Shown one piece after another: positions 25,803 to 38,980 of a stretch of 64,000 nt of DNA; the first letter of the stretch is position 1; the number at the start of each line of letters is the position of its first letter. Source of the stretch: Octopus sinensis (lineage: Eukaryota). The notes below the pieces were generated by a model. That model was not told the DNA's origin. It saw only the letters and a list, made by a program, of their open reading frames with translations, and did not search any database. Location: assembly GCF_006345805.1 (NCBI RefSeq), contig NW_021831994.1:1-64000 (forward strand), read 5' to 3'. Made by a program: the position numbers and the translations under genes.

Positions 25803-26026
25803 AATATGTTACATTACTCGATAGTCAAGATAAAACTCTGAGTTTCAGATGCCGAAGTGGAAATCCACAACACCGGTTATCTGGCCAGATAACCGAAGAG
25901 ATGGTGTTGTGGATTTCAGAGTTTTATCTTGACTATCGGGTAATGTAACATATTATTGTATAGATAAATTTCCTCTATTTACATAATATTGAGGTCTCTT
26001 CTTTCTTTTGTTATCTTACCGTTTTA

Positions 26027-26030
<4 letters not shown>
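25797..26030. mobile_element. Penelope-like foldback element with tail, in (TA)n, carrying a split hammerhead-like motif
   Basis: Near-perfect arms 25797-25875 / 25902-25960, a central palindrome ggttatctggccagataacc, and a 70-bp tail. (TA)n on both sides. Confidence 0.78.
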
Positions 26031-26082
<52 letters not shown>

Positions 26083-27925
26083 ACCAGGCATATCTCAATA
26101 AATACCTTATATTTTATTAAACTGCATTTCTTTACGCTTCTTTTTTACCTATGCACGCCTCATACTATAAGTAAATATTTATGATATATCACATAATGCT
26201 ATATTTTTATACCTTTATTGCACATATGATATCACTCCGTTCCTTATAGTGATGTAAGTATGTGACATGTTATCCAATTATATTTTATAATACATATCCC
26301 AACTCAGTGAACCATATTTCATCCCATGCAAAACATCTAACCACGTTTTTTTTCTCGTTATATTGCAACATACCGCACCATAATAATTTAGCCAATATAT
26401 ATTCTTACCGATCATTGTATAAGGTTCTACACATATCCTTTGCTTGATAAAATGTAAGTATACCAAATATGTGGTTCATCCAAAATCGTTGCAAGATATT
26501 TTAGAGTTGTTTAACAATACACCTGCACTGTGGTAGCCTGTTTCCTTCTTAGACTCTATTGTTGGACAATCATTTAGCAACACACAAAATCTTCAAGGTA
26601 AACTTTAGATATATTTCATGAATGTGACACAAAATTATCGTCGCCTATTTGTGGGTTGGTCTCTGATACAAGCCAAAGAGAAAATGAGGAAATTTTCGTC
26701 AAACTATCAATTCAGTCACTAGATCGCAGTGATGCGACGGAATGTTTGAGACCGCATGAATTAGATTTAAATTAAAAGTGAATTGAACAGCTTTAGGAAT
26801 TTTTAAATGGGCTTACCACGAATGAGTCACTTTTCAAGATAGGTTTCCGCATTCTTTCTTTTATTATTCTTTTTAGAATTAAAAAAAGATATTGTTTTGT
26901 CTGTGAAGAAATCATCTTTGTTAACGTTGGTCTTTCTGTGAAAAAGGTCGCCATTCTCGAATCTTAACTCCGTGTTTACGATTCCTGTTTTAATGTAGCA
27001 AGAGCTTATTTACGTTTCATGCTCTCAAACTTTACTACTATTTCTAATTTGTTTACTTTTGTTATCCATTAGATAATTATATTTATAGTATAACAGCGTT
27101 TATTATTTGCAAAGAATTCACTTCTAATTGCAGTTACTTCTATGCTCCTCCTCCTTCTTTTCCTCCACCTCTCTCTCTCACAGACACACGCACACATGCT
27201 CTCTTTCACTCACTGTCTCTTCTTCAGTTTCTCCGAAAATTCACTCCTGAAGTCATCCTCCCGTAGCAAAGGTGAATTAATTTAAAAGCTGTCATTAATT
27301 TTTATTGTTTCTTAATCAAACCTAGCAGATGAATTCAATTAATACCCTTTAATAAAAGTATAATTGGAACCAACTAAAGTGTTAATACCTATTAACTTTT
27401 TACTATTCTCCTTTGACTTTATTTAAACATCTCCAATTGTTCTTGTGTGTGTGTGTGTGTGATTTTTTTTTTTATTAGTTCCAACTAAACAATAACAAAC
27501 TAAATTAAAGATCGATAACTAAATAACATTAATTCTTTCAAAGTTTTACATTAGGTGATTCTGAAAACAAATTGCTTTGGCTTACTTTAGGCGAGTGAGT
27601 TCATTAGGTAAAAGAAAACAATGGCATCGAAAACGAATAGAAAGCTTCCATGTTTGCAATGTTTCGTTCTTAATTAAATTATAGATTATTCCTACATAAG
27701 TCTATTATTATCAGTAGTATTATTACTGCATTCAATTTTCAATTATATTTTTCTTTCTATATATATATTTCCAAGGCATATTGAGGTGTAAGCAATATAT
27801 TACAATGACAACAACAACAGCAATTATTTCTATTATTATTATTATCATTATTATTATTATCATTATTATTATTATTATCATTATTATTATATTATTATTA
27901 TTATTATATTATTATTATTATTATT

Positions 27926-27963
<38 letters not shown>

Positions 27964-27964
27964 T

Positions 27965-28348
27965 GCCGGAGATGCACTACGGTAACAACTGTTCACTACC
28001 AGTGAACTAAGGTAACACCTCTAATTTTTTCGAGCACCTTCCGGTGTATTGGATCAGTTCCAAGCAGTGCTGTTTTCTGCAAGTGCTCCACCTTTATTAC
28101 AGCCCCTATTTGTTCCGTGTGCCTCTCAAGATTTTTACTCATTGTTCCCAGGGCTCCGTCAATTATTGGCACTACTACCACCTTTTCCATCGACCACAAC
28201 CGCTTAACTTCCCAAGCTAACCTATCATATCTGTCGATTTTTTCTTTCTTCCTTATCGCATACCTTGTTGTCAGCTGGGCATGCTATATTTTTGATCCGG
28301 TATAGTTTGATTCCTTTCTCAATTAAAACTGTCTGGCTTCCTATTTTC

Positions 28349-28350
<2 letters not shown>
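27965..28350 (-). mobile_element. RLE-type (R4/Dong-like) retrotransposon 3' fragment in (TAA)n
   Basis: WSMEKVVVVPIIDGALGTMSKNLERH..LQKTALLGTDPIHRKVLEK. Flanked by (TTA)n/(TCA)n. Confidence 0.88.
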
Positions 28351-28382
<32 letters not shown>

Positions 28383-28583
28383 GTATTATTATTAGTTTAT
28401 TCTTCTTCTTCTTCTTCTTCTTCTTTCTTCTTCTTCTTCTCTTCTTCTTATATTATTATTATTATTAATTATTATTATTATATTATTATTATTATTATTA
28501 TTATTATTACATTCCAGTTCATGTGTCCTCTGAGTTAACTTTGCTTTTCATCCCTTCGTAAACGATAAAATAATATACAAGTA

Positions 28584-30111
28584 AATACTGAAGGTCGCTG
28601 TAATAGCCCAGCACCCTTAACTTAACATTGCTTACTTTGTGTCAAATATTATGATTATCATCATCATCATCATCGTCATCATCATCATCATCAAGATACT
28701 ACGTGTTAATTTAATTTGCATCAATGTCATCTTGAGGTTTGGTGACAACAAGTCACCGATCTTCTAATCTCAAGAACCTTTCTGAAGATTTTGGCAGAAT
28801 ACACGATTGCATTTTCCTGTATGTCGACAATGTCGGACTCAATTCCAATATCCTCCTGTCTCTTAGTTAACAGAATTAATGGTTGTCTTACTCATCCGCA
28901 ACCATTGCGACTATCTGATTATGTCCTGATATTTCCCAACGCCTTCGACACTGTAATCGCGTGGCGGTGATTTTACAGTTCGTTTCCTTCATCCTCTGGG
29001 TTTCTTGCGTCAGTAGTATGGTAAGTCTGGTATGCTATTGGTGGTGGGTAGAGAGGTAGGGGTGGGATTTGTTGTAATTGTCCAGTCCAGAGTCAAAATT
29101 ATATATAATTATTATTACATAGGCGCAGGAGTAGCTGTGTCGTAAGTAGCTTACTTATATATTAAAAAAAAAAAAAAACGAAGACAGGTGTGTGTTGTAG
29201 ACAACAAACAGTGTATTAGTATAACGCTCGGAAGTGAATAAATCTTTTCGTTTCGAGCCTAGGCTCTTCCACGAAAGAAACAGGAGAGAAAATATAAAGA
29301 ATGTGTAGTGGCTAGCAATCAATCATGGCTAATATATATATATTATATATATATATATATATATTATTATATATATATATATATATTATAATATTATATA
29401 GGATGTATATATATATATATATATTATATATATATATGTGTTATAGATGTTTAGGGGAGGGAACTCTTCGGTAAGTCGAGCCAAGTCCCAACTTGTACTT
29501 ATTTACAGAAGTATTGAACGGGAAAATTCACATTGGCGGAATTTGAATTGAGAACGTAAAGATCGCGAACAAAAAATAGCGCAAACCTTTTTGTCCAATG
29601 CCAAACACGACTCTGTCGACGCACTACATTACACAAATTACAACAAATCCCACCCCTACCTCTCACCACCACATAGCATACCAGACTTCCATACTACTGA
29701 CGCAAGAAAACCAGAGGATGAAGGAAACGAACTGTAAAATCCACCGCCACGCGATTACGTGTCGAAGGCGTGTGGGAATATCAGACATAATCAGATAGTC
29801 GCAATGGTTGCGGTGAGTAGACAACCATTAATTCTGTTAACTAAGAGACAGGAGGATATTGGAATTGAGTCCGACTTGTCGACATACAGAAAATGCAATC
29901 GTGTATCTGCCAAAATCTTCAGAAGGTCTTGAGATTAGAGATTGGTGACTTGTGTCACCAAACCTCAAGATGACATTGATGCAAATTAAATTAACACGTA
30001 TATCTGATGATGATGATATGACGATGATGATGATGATGATAATCATAATATTTGACACAAAGTAAGCAATGTTAAGTTAGGGTGCGGGCTATTACAGCGA
30101 CCTTCAGTATT
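28584..30111. repeat. ~490-bp inverted duplication (28584-29081 / 29633-30111) with a ~550-bp spacer; each arm contains an old RLE retrotransposon tail
   Basis: The arms are colinear reverse complements differing mostly by 1-bp indels. The right arm translates in pieces to ..DIGIESD/VDIQK/SAKI/LQKVLRL. Confidence 0.92.
29163..29330 (-). mobile_element. Degenerate relative of the 12505/57317 Penelope-like element
   Basis: Minus strand has GAAGAGC-CTAG-GCTC-GAAACG (same helix II). TA-rich flanks. Confidence 0.6.
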
Positions 30112-30309
30112 CAATTATATATATATATATATGTTATATATATATATATATATAGATATATATATATATATATATATGTGTGTATATATAATATATATAT
30201 ATTGTATATATATATATGTTATATATATATATATATAATACTACATACATACACACACCACACCACACGATATATATATATATGTATATATATAATGCAT
30301 ACATACTAC

Positions 30310-30346
<37 letters not shown>

Positions 30347-30359
30347 TTATATATATATG

Positions 30360-30390
<31 letters not shown>

Positions 30391-30824
30391 ATAGATATTA
30401 TATATATATATATATATTATATAATAATATTATATATATATTATATATATATGTACAGTTAATTGGACAGTTGCAAAACTCTATGGTAGTAAGCAAGAAA
30501 CGGATATCCCAAAATAAATGATTGATGAAACGAACAACAAATCTAGACGCACACGCACGTGCAAACTGAAAAAAAGTCATGAAAAAACACACACGTACTG
30601 ACATACTGCAAGACATATATAGAAATAAAACACATACATGTATCATATGTACGTGTGTGTGTAGGTATATATATATATATTATGCGACATAGACACACAC
30701 ACATATATAATCATACACACACACGCGTGTGTGTGTCCGCATATATATATATATACACATACATACATACATATATATATATTATATATATATAATATTA
30801 TATATATATAGTGTGTGTGTGGTA

Positions 30825-30856
<32 letters not shown>

Positions 30857-30974
30857 CTATATATATATATATATGTGTTGTGTGTGTTGTGTGTGGTTAA
30901 TTATATATATATATACATATACTTATATATATTATATATATATATATTATATATATATATATATGTGTGTGGTG

Positions 30975-31020
<46 letters not shown>

Positions 31021-31614
31021 AGTAAAAATGTCCATTATATATATATAATATAGTACTTACATATGGACCTACATGCATGCACATACAAACACCCATACGC
31101 ACATATACACACACGCCCACATCTTTCCATCAGTATATGTGTGTGTATGTATCACTCTGTCTGTGATGACTTAGCGACGGATATCATTGTTACAGTAGCG
31201 TGTCAAGTGTAACATAAATTCCCAAATCAATGATGACTGGCAGCGATCAGGCCACAGATTATGGTAGCTCAGGGAATATTGTTTCCTGGCTAAACGATTG
31301 GCTTTTCAGCCTAACTTCGCACCAGCACCGCCATCACCACCACCACCACCACCACCACCACCACCGCCACCATTTATCACTAGACAGACCAAGACTAAAA
31401 GCAGAAAAATAATAATTATGATATGCCGTACTTCAGTGGGCAGTGAAGCTGGTTTATTTGACTGAAGTGAATAGTACGACCGTAGATCAATTTGTGATGG
31501 GTTGAAAATGTGAATGTTCTTACGATTTATGTCTGGGTCATTCCTGATTTACATGGACTAATAAATATAATGCCACGCTCTTTTTTTTTATTAATATTTT
31601 CGGCTATTTCTGAG

Positions 31615-31970
31615 AGCAAATTCTGCTGAGATCGACGTTGTCTTTCATCCTTGAGGTATCGATAAACGGAGAACTGGGGCTAATGACATCCACTTAGTTC
31701 TTCCCCTAAAATTTGTTAGCCTTGTGCCACAATTTGAAACCTATGTTTTTTATTTTTCTGCTATTGACACAAGGCTTGACGTTTTTAAAGGACGTCGTCT
31801 AATCGATTATATCGATCCCAATGTGCAGCCAGCATTCATTTTATCGACCTCGAAAGGATGGAAGGCAAAGGCAGCCTCTGCAAAATCAGAACTCTGAACG
31901 TAAAGCGACAAGAAATGCTGTTAAGTATTCTTTCCGGTCCGGTGTGCTATCGAATCTGCCATCTTGTAGC
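31615..31970. mobile_element. Two degenerate family A SINEs, tail-to-tail (+ 31615-31745; - 31765-31970)
   Basis: ctttcatcc..gccttgtgccacaatttgaaac followed by gacacaaggc..atcgacctcgaaaggatggaaggcaaag. Confidence 0.65.
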
Positions 31971-31989
31971 TTTCCATTAACTCATAAGG

Positions 31990-32520
31990 CAGAATCATAA
32001 AGCAGAATCATTAGCGCAACGCGCAAAATGCTCAATGGCTTCTCGCCCGTCTTAATGTTCTGAGTGTGGAGCCACATAGCCTTGTGGTTAGAGCAGCGGA
32101 CTCGCGATCGAGGGATCGCGGATTCGAATCTCAGACCGGGCGATGTGTGTGTTTATGAGCGAAATACCTAAGCTCCACGCGGCTCCGGCAGAAGGTAATC
32201 GCGAACTTCTGCTGACTCTTTCGTCACAACTTTCTTTCACTCTTTCCTCCTGTATCTTGCAGCTCACCAGCGACGGACCGGCACGCCTTCCAGGTGAGGA
32301 ACTTATACGCCAAGGAAACCGGGAAACCGGCCCTTATGAGCCAGGTGTAGCTCGAGTAGGAACAACCAATGTTCTGATTTCAAATTCCGCCGAGGTTGAC
32401 TTTACCTTTCATCCTTTCGCAGTCGATAAAAGAAGTACCAGTTAGGCATTGGGATTGATATAATCGACTAGCACCTGCCTCTCAAATCTCAGGTCTTGTG
32501 TCTATAGTAGAAAAGATTAT
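31990..32520 (+). mobile_element. Family A SINE containing a nested OR-like SINE (32067-32367) with 10-bp TSD
   Basis: TSD aatgttctga at 32054-32063 and 32368-32377. The insert has a family C-like head and a family D-like tail. Confidence 0.85.
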
Positions 32521-33565
32521 GTGTAACATAGTGTATAATTTATTGCCGTCACCTGATTTGATAATCGAGTACCTTTTGCGAAATTGAAAACATCGAAGCC
32601 AAGCGTTTGGGAGTCTTTCCGCAAATATATTTCATGTTTGTATTTACCTTCAGATGTTGAGATTCAATATCAATTCCACGTAAATCTTATTGATCTGCCG
32701 GTGCACAGGTCATCATCGATACTGTCCCTATCTCTGTAGTAAATCCCATTTAATTAAATCCGCTCCGTTGAGTGAAATATGAAACTATCTACCTTTTGAT
32801 TGTTCCTCACTGTAGTGTAATTAATAATGTTATATCCAGTATAACAAAAGCTAACATTTCTACTTCTCCTCCATTCTTTCCTTTCTTACCTCACCAGAAC
32901 GATAAACGACACCTGGTGGATTTCTTGGAGAAACACTGTATATTTTTGTTTGAAGATTTCATGTCATAATCAAAGATAGTTTCCTGTTGTTTTCCATCGG
33001 ATTAATTTTTCCTTTTATCCCTTTCCGTGTTGCATTCATTAAACAGAAGTCTCGAAGGCTTAAGTCGATCATACCGATGCCAGTACTTATATTTAATCTC
33101 GTGTTTATTCTACCGGTTTCTTTTTGTCGAACTTCAAAGTTACCAGCTGGATAACATACTGACAGCAATTGTCAAGTGATGTGAAAACAAACAGAAGCTG
33201 CTTACACACATATATAACTACATACGAAACTATATGACCTATGACTTACTTTCTGGTATTTTTAATACCGGGCACTCTGAGAATATATTTCCTTATGCCT
33301 AAAAGGCAGCCGATCCAAGGAAAAAATTCACACACACCTTCTGTATGTGCGTTCGAGTTTGCATATATATATATATATACATATATACACATACATATGT
33401 ATATGCATATATATTATTATATATATAATATATAATATATATATATATATATAATATATAAAACTATATTCATATATATATACATATACATATATGTGTA
33501 CACACACACGTGTGAAATACTCAGTAAACATATATATATTATATAATATATATATATTATATATA

Positions 33566-33801
33566 ATATTAAATTAGAGACAAAACACTATTATGCAAAT
33601 CAAACAAAGAAAGACTTATTTATAATTGTTAAATTTTAATTTATATAAATTATTTTTATGTATTGGCTTAAGTCTTTCTTTGTTTGATTTGCATAATAGT
33701 GGTTTTGTCTCTAATTTAATATAATATAATATTTTACTATAAAATTGGATTCAATCTTAAATCTGATTTTTCCCTGTAAATTTGGATTTATTCCCTAATA
33801 T
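33566..33801. mobile_element. Inverted-repeat-plus-tail element (Penelope-like) in (TA)n
   Basis: Arms 33566-33618 / 33669-33722 and a tail to ttccctaatatt. A homologous copy in opposite orientation lies at 38581-38822. Confidence 0.75.
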
Positions 33802-33815
33802 TTATATATATATAT

Positions 33816-33895
<80 letters not shown>

Positions 33896-34849
33896 GACAG
33901 GTTTGGATGATATTTGGTCGACGCCCGGAATTTCTTTAGAGGCCGCTTGATCAATGTACCACGCAGCAAAGCTGTACTCAAAGCTCTGTGTTTGTAAAAA
34001 CGAAAATACGTGGTTACCGAATTAGAATTTCTTTGCACTGCCTTTTCTCTGCTCTCTTTCAACTGTGTCACGGAAAAGGATTTTGGACCGTGAAAATTAG
34101 TGTGATACATGCCAAAACCAAGTGAGTTTTCAACATTTCTTTTTATCAAGAAGTATTTCTTCCCTACCAGCATATTTAGTGATCTTCTGCTTGACAAAGC
34201 AATCAGTCCTAAGTTCCGTGCACGACATGCATAGCAGCCTTCTCACATACTAGCATTTGTACTCTTTATTCTACTTTTCCTCTCAGGTGTGAATGTTCAG
34301 CATTTGCTCTTCTACTCAAAGCTTGAATATAGCGGAATTGCCATTGTTTGAACCGCAAAGCAAAACTAAGGGAACTGTATTTTTGTGTTTTTGTATGTTT
34401 AGCTTCGTCATGGCGAATAATGCCAAACTAAGTCTCATTTTGTCTTCCGAATTAAGCTAGTTCTGAGATTTATTTCGAGTTGTCTGCATCTTCAAGAATA
34501 TATTCAGAGCAAAGTGACAACGACTGAAACCCCGTTGAGAACGAAAATTATATCGGAAGTATGATTATTTGTCTGTTTCTTGTAGTTCCAATATTTATGC
34601 TAAAACTCAGACAACGTCTAAACCTTTTGAAAATGATGTATTATCTTAATCATAATGGATAACATGTTTACTGCTTTGTCATAAGTGGCCGATAGTTTAT
34701 CAAAAATGTAGGTGCCTGGCTTTATGGTTCATTTCTCTGGGAAAACCAAGTAACGTCTTTGGGAAGACAATGTAATAATTTTTCCCAAAATTATGAATAT
34801 TTGAAATACTCAGTAAGCACGGGGACATTTTTGTGTGTGCATATCTTTG

Positions 34850-34882
<33 letters not shown>

Positions 34883-35369
34883 TGTGTGTGTGCATGCTTT
34901 CCTCTGTGTGTTTGTGTGTGCAAATGTGAGAAAAATTGGGGGAACAAAAATGTTCCTGCGTTTTAGTGTTATTCGAAATCAAATTTTCTTTGTGTAAGAT
35001 AAAAAAAACAGAACGAAAACGGAAAGAAGGAATGAAAGAAAACAGAGAGTGAATAAGTTTGAAGAATGTTCCGTTTTACCATGTAATAACTATGAATCAC
35101 ATCAAATCTTTCATTTTATTGTTGTTTGTTTTCTTCTCCAATGAAGAAATCGCCTACATGGGTTTATTAGGTCCTTATGGTTATAATCAAGTGTTATGTT
35201 CCCAGCATAAAGCAATAATCAGGATGAAAAAGAAAGCATCAACTGTCAAACATGATTGAACGGTCTTTCTCTAATGAACACAGGCCATTAAGTTAGGAAA
35301 CTAATGGGTATTGATAATATAGTATTAACAAAATTTCTTATATGTTATGTCAAAAACCTCCCCAAGTAT

Positions 35370-36014
35370 CTCATTCTATAGTTTTACTGTAAATTAATAT
35401 AAACATATATTCGACTATGTAATTACTAAAATATTCTGCAGGACGCATCAGGTCCCAACTTGCTTTTCGTAGAATTTAAGAGACTCTCTATACCCGTTAA
35501 ACAAAATATACAGGCCTTAGAGATCGAATTAATCAGGTACCAATACAACATGAAAGAATGGCCGTTGTGACATTCGTTTCTGAAGTTTTCTCCCAGTGGC
35601 ATTAGAGAGCTTAATCTAACACATCCTGAATAATACAGACCATTTACGTAGGAAAGAAACGGGTATTGCTAATATAATATCAGCAGAATTTCTTATGCGT
35701 AATATCAAAACCAATCTCACGAAATCTCTCACTGTATACTTTCCATGTAAATTACTGTAAATATATAAATATATATTTTACAACGCAATTGCTATTAGAA
35801 TATTCTAAAGGTTACATTATGTCCCAAATATTCATGAAAGAAACTTGATTTTCATGGAACTCAAGAGAATTCCTCTTCTCTTTAAACGAATGCTAGTAGC
35901 CTTATGCCAAATAAATCAGCTACCGACCATAACACGAAAGATTAGTGGCTATGTCACTCCTTTCTGAAATTTTTCCTGGTGTTATTAACGATGTTAACCT
36001 TCCACAGCCAAATA
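35370..36014. repeat. Old diverged direct duplication (~35370-35632 vs ~35727-36014)
   Basis: Colinear shared blocks: tgtaaatta..., aatattct, gtcccaa, acttg.tttc.t.gaa.t.aagaga, aatcag.tacc, gaaaga, tttctgaa.tttt. Confidence 0.7.
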
Positions 36015-36081
36015 GGGAATTTAATTGGAAACACAAACCGGTCTTTTAAAATAAGTTTTTCCTTGTGAGTTTTATATAATT

Positions 36082-36428
36082 ACAATTGCAGCGTGGAAGG
36101 TGTTAATAAGCCAATTAAATACACACAAAAAACCGTTAGATTCACTTCACCATTTAAATTTCATTTGTAAAAATATTTTCATCGCGTTGGGATCGCGACC
36201 TCTTCATTGACAAAATTCCGTGCTGCAGTAACGAATTTTCTCAGTGAACAGCTCACGGCCTAAAAACAACGAAAATATTTTAACAAATTAAATTAAAATG
36301 TTGAAGTGAATCTAACGTTTTTTGTGTGATTTTAAATGGCTTATAAGCACCTTCCACGCTGCAATTGTTTTTGTTTCAGCACACGATCTCAGATCAGGTC
36401 ATTTCCTATGTAAGCACATCTCCGTGTT
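36082..36428. mobile_element. Penelope-like foldback element (~140-bp arms, tiny loop, 60-bp tail) with a hammerhead-like motif in each arm
   Basis: 36082-36220 is the reverse complement of ~36230-36368. Minus strand 36164-36214 reads TTTGTCA-ATGAAGA-G-GTCGCG..CGCGAT-GAAA-ATAT-TT-TTACAAA. Confidence 0.8.
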
Positions 36429-36643
36429 ATATAAAATTAATATTTAGTAAAACAAACTATCAATTATGTCATCGTTGCAGCGATATAAGTTAACTTCAAA
36501 TAAACCGCTTGATTGAGAGAAACACAGTTGTTATTGTTGTTGCTGTTGTTGTTGTAGTAGTGGCGGCTGTCACAGTGATTCGTCCTTGGGTGTCTTTTTT
36601 TGTTTTTATCTCATTTATTTCTGTTTTCAATACCATACAGAAA

Positions 36644-36881
36644 ATACCTATTTCTTTACTACCCACAAGGGGCTAAACACAGAGGGGACAAACAAGGACA
36701 GACATAGGTATTAAGTCGATTACATCGACCCCAGTTCGTAACTGGTACTTAATTTATCGACCCCGAAAGGATGAAAGGCAAAGTCGACCTCGGCGGAATT
36801 TGAACTCAGAACGTAACGGCAGACGAAATACCGCTAAGCATTTCGCCCTGCGCGTTAACGTTTCTGCCAGCTCGACGCCTT
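36644..36881 (-). mobile_element. Near-intact family A tRNA-derived SINE with TSD
   Basis: Minus strand has A-box-like agctggcagaaacgtt and B box gagttcaaattcc. TSD catacagaaaatac at 36634-36647 and 36882-36895. Confidence 0.93.
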
Positions 36882-37958
36882 CATACAGAAAATACACCAT
36901 ACAGAAAATACCACACAGAAATATTTAGAATTTAAAGTCTACTTGGGGAGAGAGAAAATGAGAGAGAGAGAGAGAGAGAAAGAAAGAGAGAAAGAAAGAA
37001 AGAAAGAAAGAAAGAATGAATGAATGAAAGAAAGAGAGAGAGAGAACGAGCGAAAGAGAGATAAAGGGAGTGAGACAGAACGTCAGAACAAAGAGATAAT
37101 CAGATATATAGAAATTCTTTTATAATATTTTGAGGACAAGGCCAAACTTCATCTTGGAGAGCTACCATGAAAAACAATCCCCTTATGGCAAACGTTCCTT
37201 TATTTTTGTATTCCAGTCAAACTATAGCATGGGTAATGATATAGACTAAAAACTTACTTTATTCAAACTGTAGCATTTGATTAGTGAGAGATGTGGCTGT
37301 TATTTAGATGATACGCATAACTATACTACTGAATCTTTCTTTTTTTTTTATTCCTTTTGCAACTTCAAATATTCCAGACGGTAAGGCTAAATAAATAGGG
37401 AAGGAATGAATCGCTACACTCGAACGGATATCAGATTGTGCGCTTGTATGCTTGTATGCGCGTGCAAATACACACACATACGCGTGTATGTATGTGTGTG
37501 TATGTATATATAAATAAATACATATATATATATATATATAAATACATGCAAATATATACATATATATTGTTATTATTGTTATTATTATTTTTTATACTTA
37601 GCTGAAAAAAAACAGAGTAAACTAGATATGTATAATATATAACATTTATATTAATATTATATGTAATACGATATTCGTATACATATATATGTGTGTGTAT
37701 GTATACATACACACACAAATATAAGATCTAATCCTGTTTGTATCAACAAACATATATACATATATAGACACATATGCCTCACACACACTAACACATGCAT
37801 ATGTATATATATGTATATGTACTATATTATATATATATATATATATTATATATATAAATGTATATGTATATATATATATATGTATATATGTAATATATAT
37901 ATACACATTATATATATATATATTATACATATATATATACATATATTATATATATATA

Positions 37959-38014
<56 letters not shown>

Positions 38015-38542
38015 CTATGTGTAAACAAGTGTGGTTCACGCTCAGTATAATAAATGTACAGCAAATTCAATATAACTTATGCAGTGAGTGGAAAAGTGAC
38101 AGCTAAACATAATCAGTTCAGTGAACAGACGTCCGATGAAGAAAAAATGTTCATAATATTTACACATATTTTAATTCTTTGCTTTTCTAAATATATCTTT
38201 AGTAGATTTCCTATAGTCTATTTCTTTCTCTCTCTTTCTCTCTCACACACATAAAGGTGTGTGTATGTATGTAATAGAGCTGGCTTATTTGCAATTTAGA
38301 ACCTAAAGGCAGAACAATATAAATCACTAAATTGACTAGGGGCACTAGTTACCACCAGCATTACGAGAAATATGAATCAAATCAACTTCTAGCCATGATA
38401 AAGCACATATCTTCTGACTGACAACGGAGGCAAAACTCCTACGGCATCCGGGACATAGCCAGATCACACATATATATAATAATAATGATAATAATGATAA
38501 TAATAATAATAATAATGATGATAATAATAATAATAATAATAA

Positions 38543-38576
<34 letters not shown>

Positions 38577-38580
38577 TAAT

Positions 38581-38822
38581 AATATTAGGGAGTATGTCCA
38601 AACTTACAGGGAAAAATTAAATTAGGATAAAATCAAATTTCACAGTATAAATATAAATTCAATTAGAGATAAAATCACTATTAGGCAACTCAAACAGTGA
38701 TAGACATAAACCAAAACATATTATATATATATTATTTTATTTTTGGTTTTTTGTGTTTTTGTATGTCTTGGTTTATTTTACTGTTTGAGTGCCTAATAGT
38801 GATTTTATCTCTAATTTAATTT
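38581..38822. mobile_element. Second copy of the 33566 inverted-repeat-plus-tail family
   Basis: aatattaggga..tacagggaaaaat tail, and arms aattagagataaaatcactattaggc / gcctaatagtgattttatctctaattt. Confidence 0.75.
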
Positions 38823-38848
38823 ATATATATATATATATACATACATAC

Positions 38849-38914
<66 letters not shown>

Positions 38915-38980
38915 ATCTATATATATATATATTAGATATATATATATATATATATAGATATATACATATATATATATATA

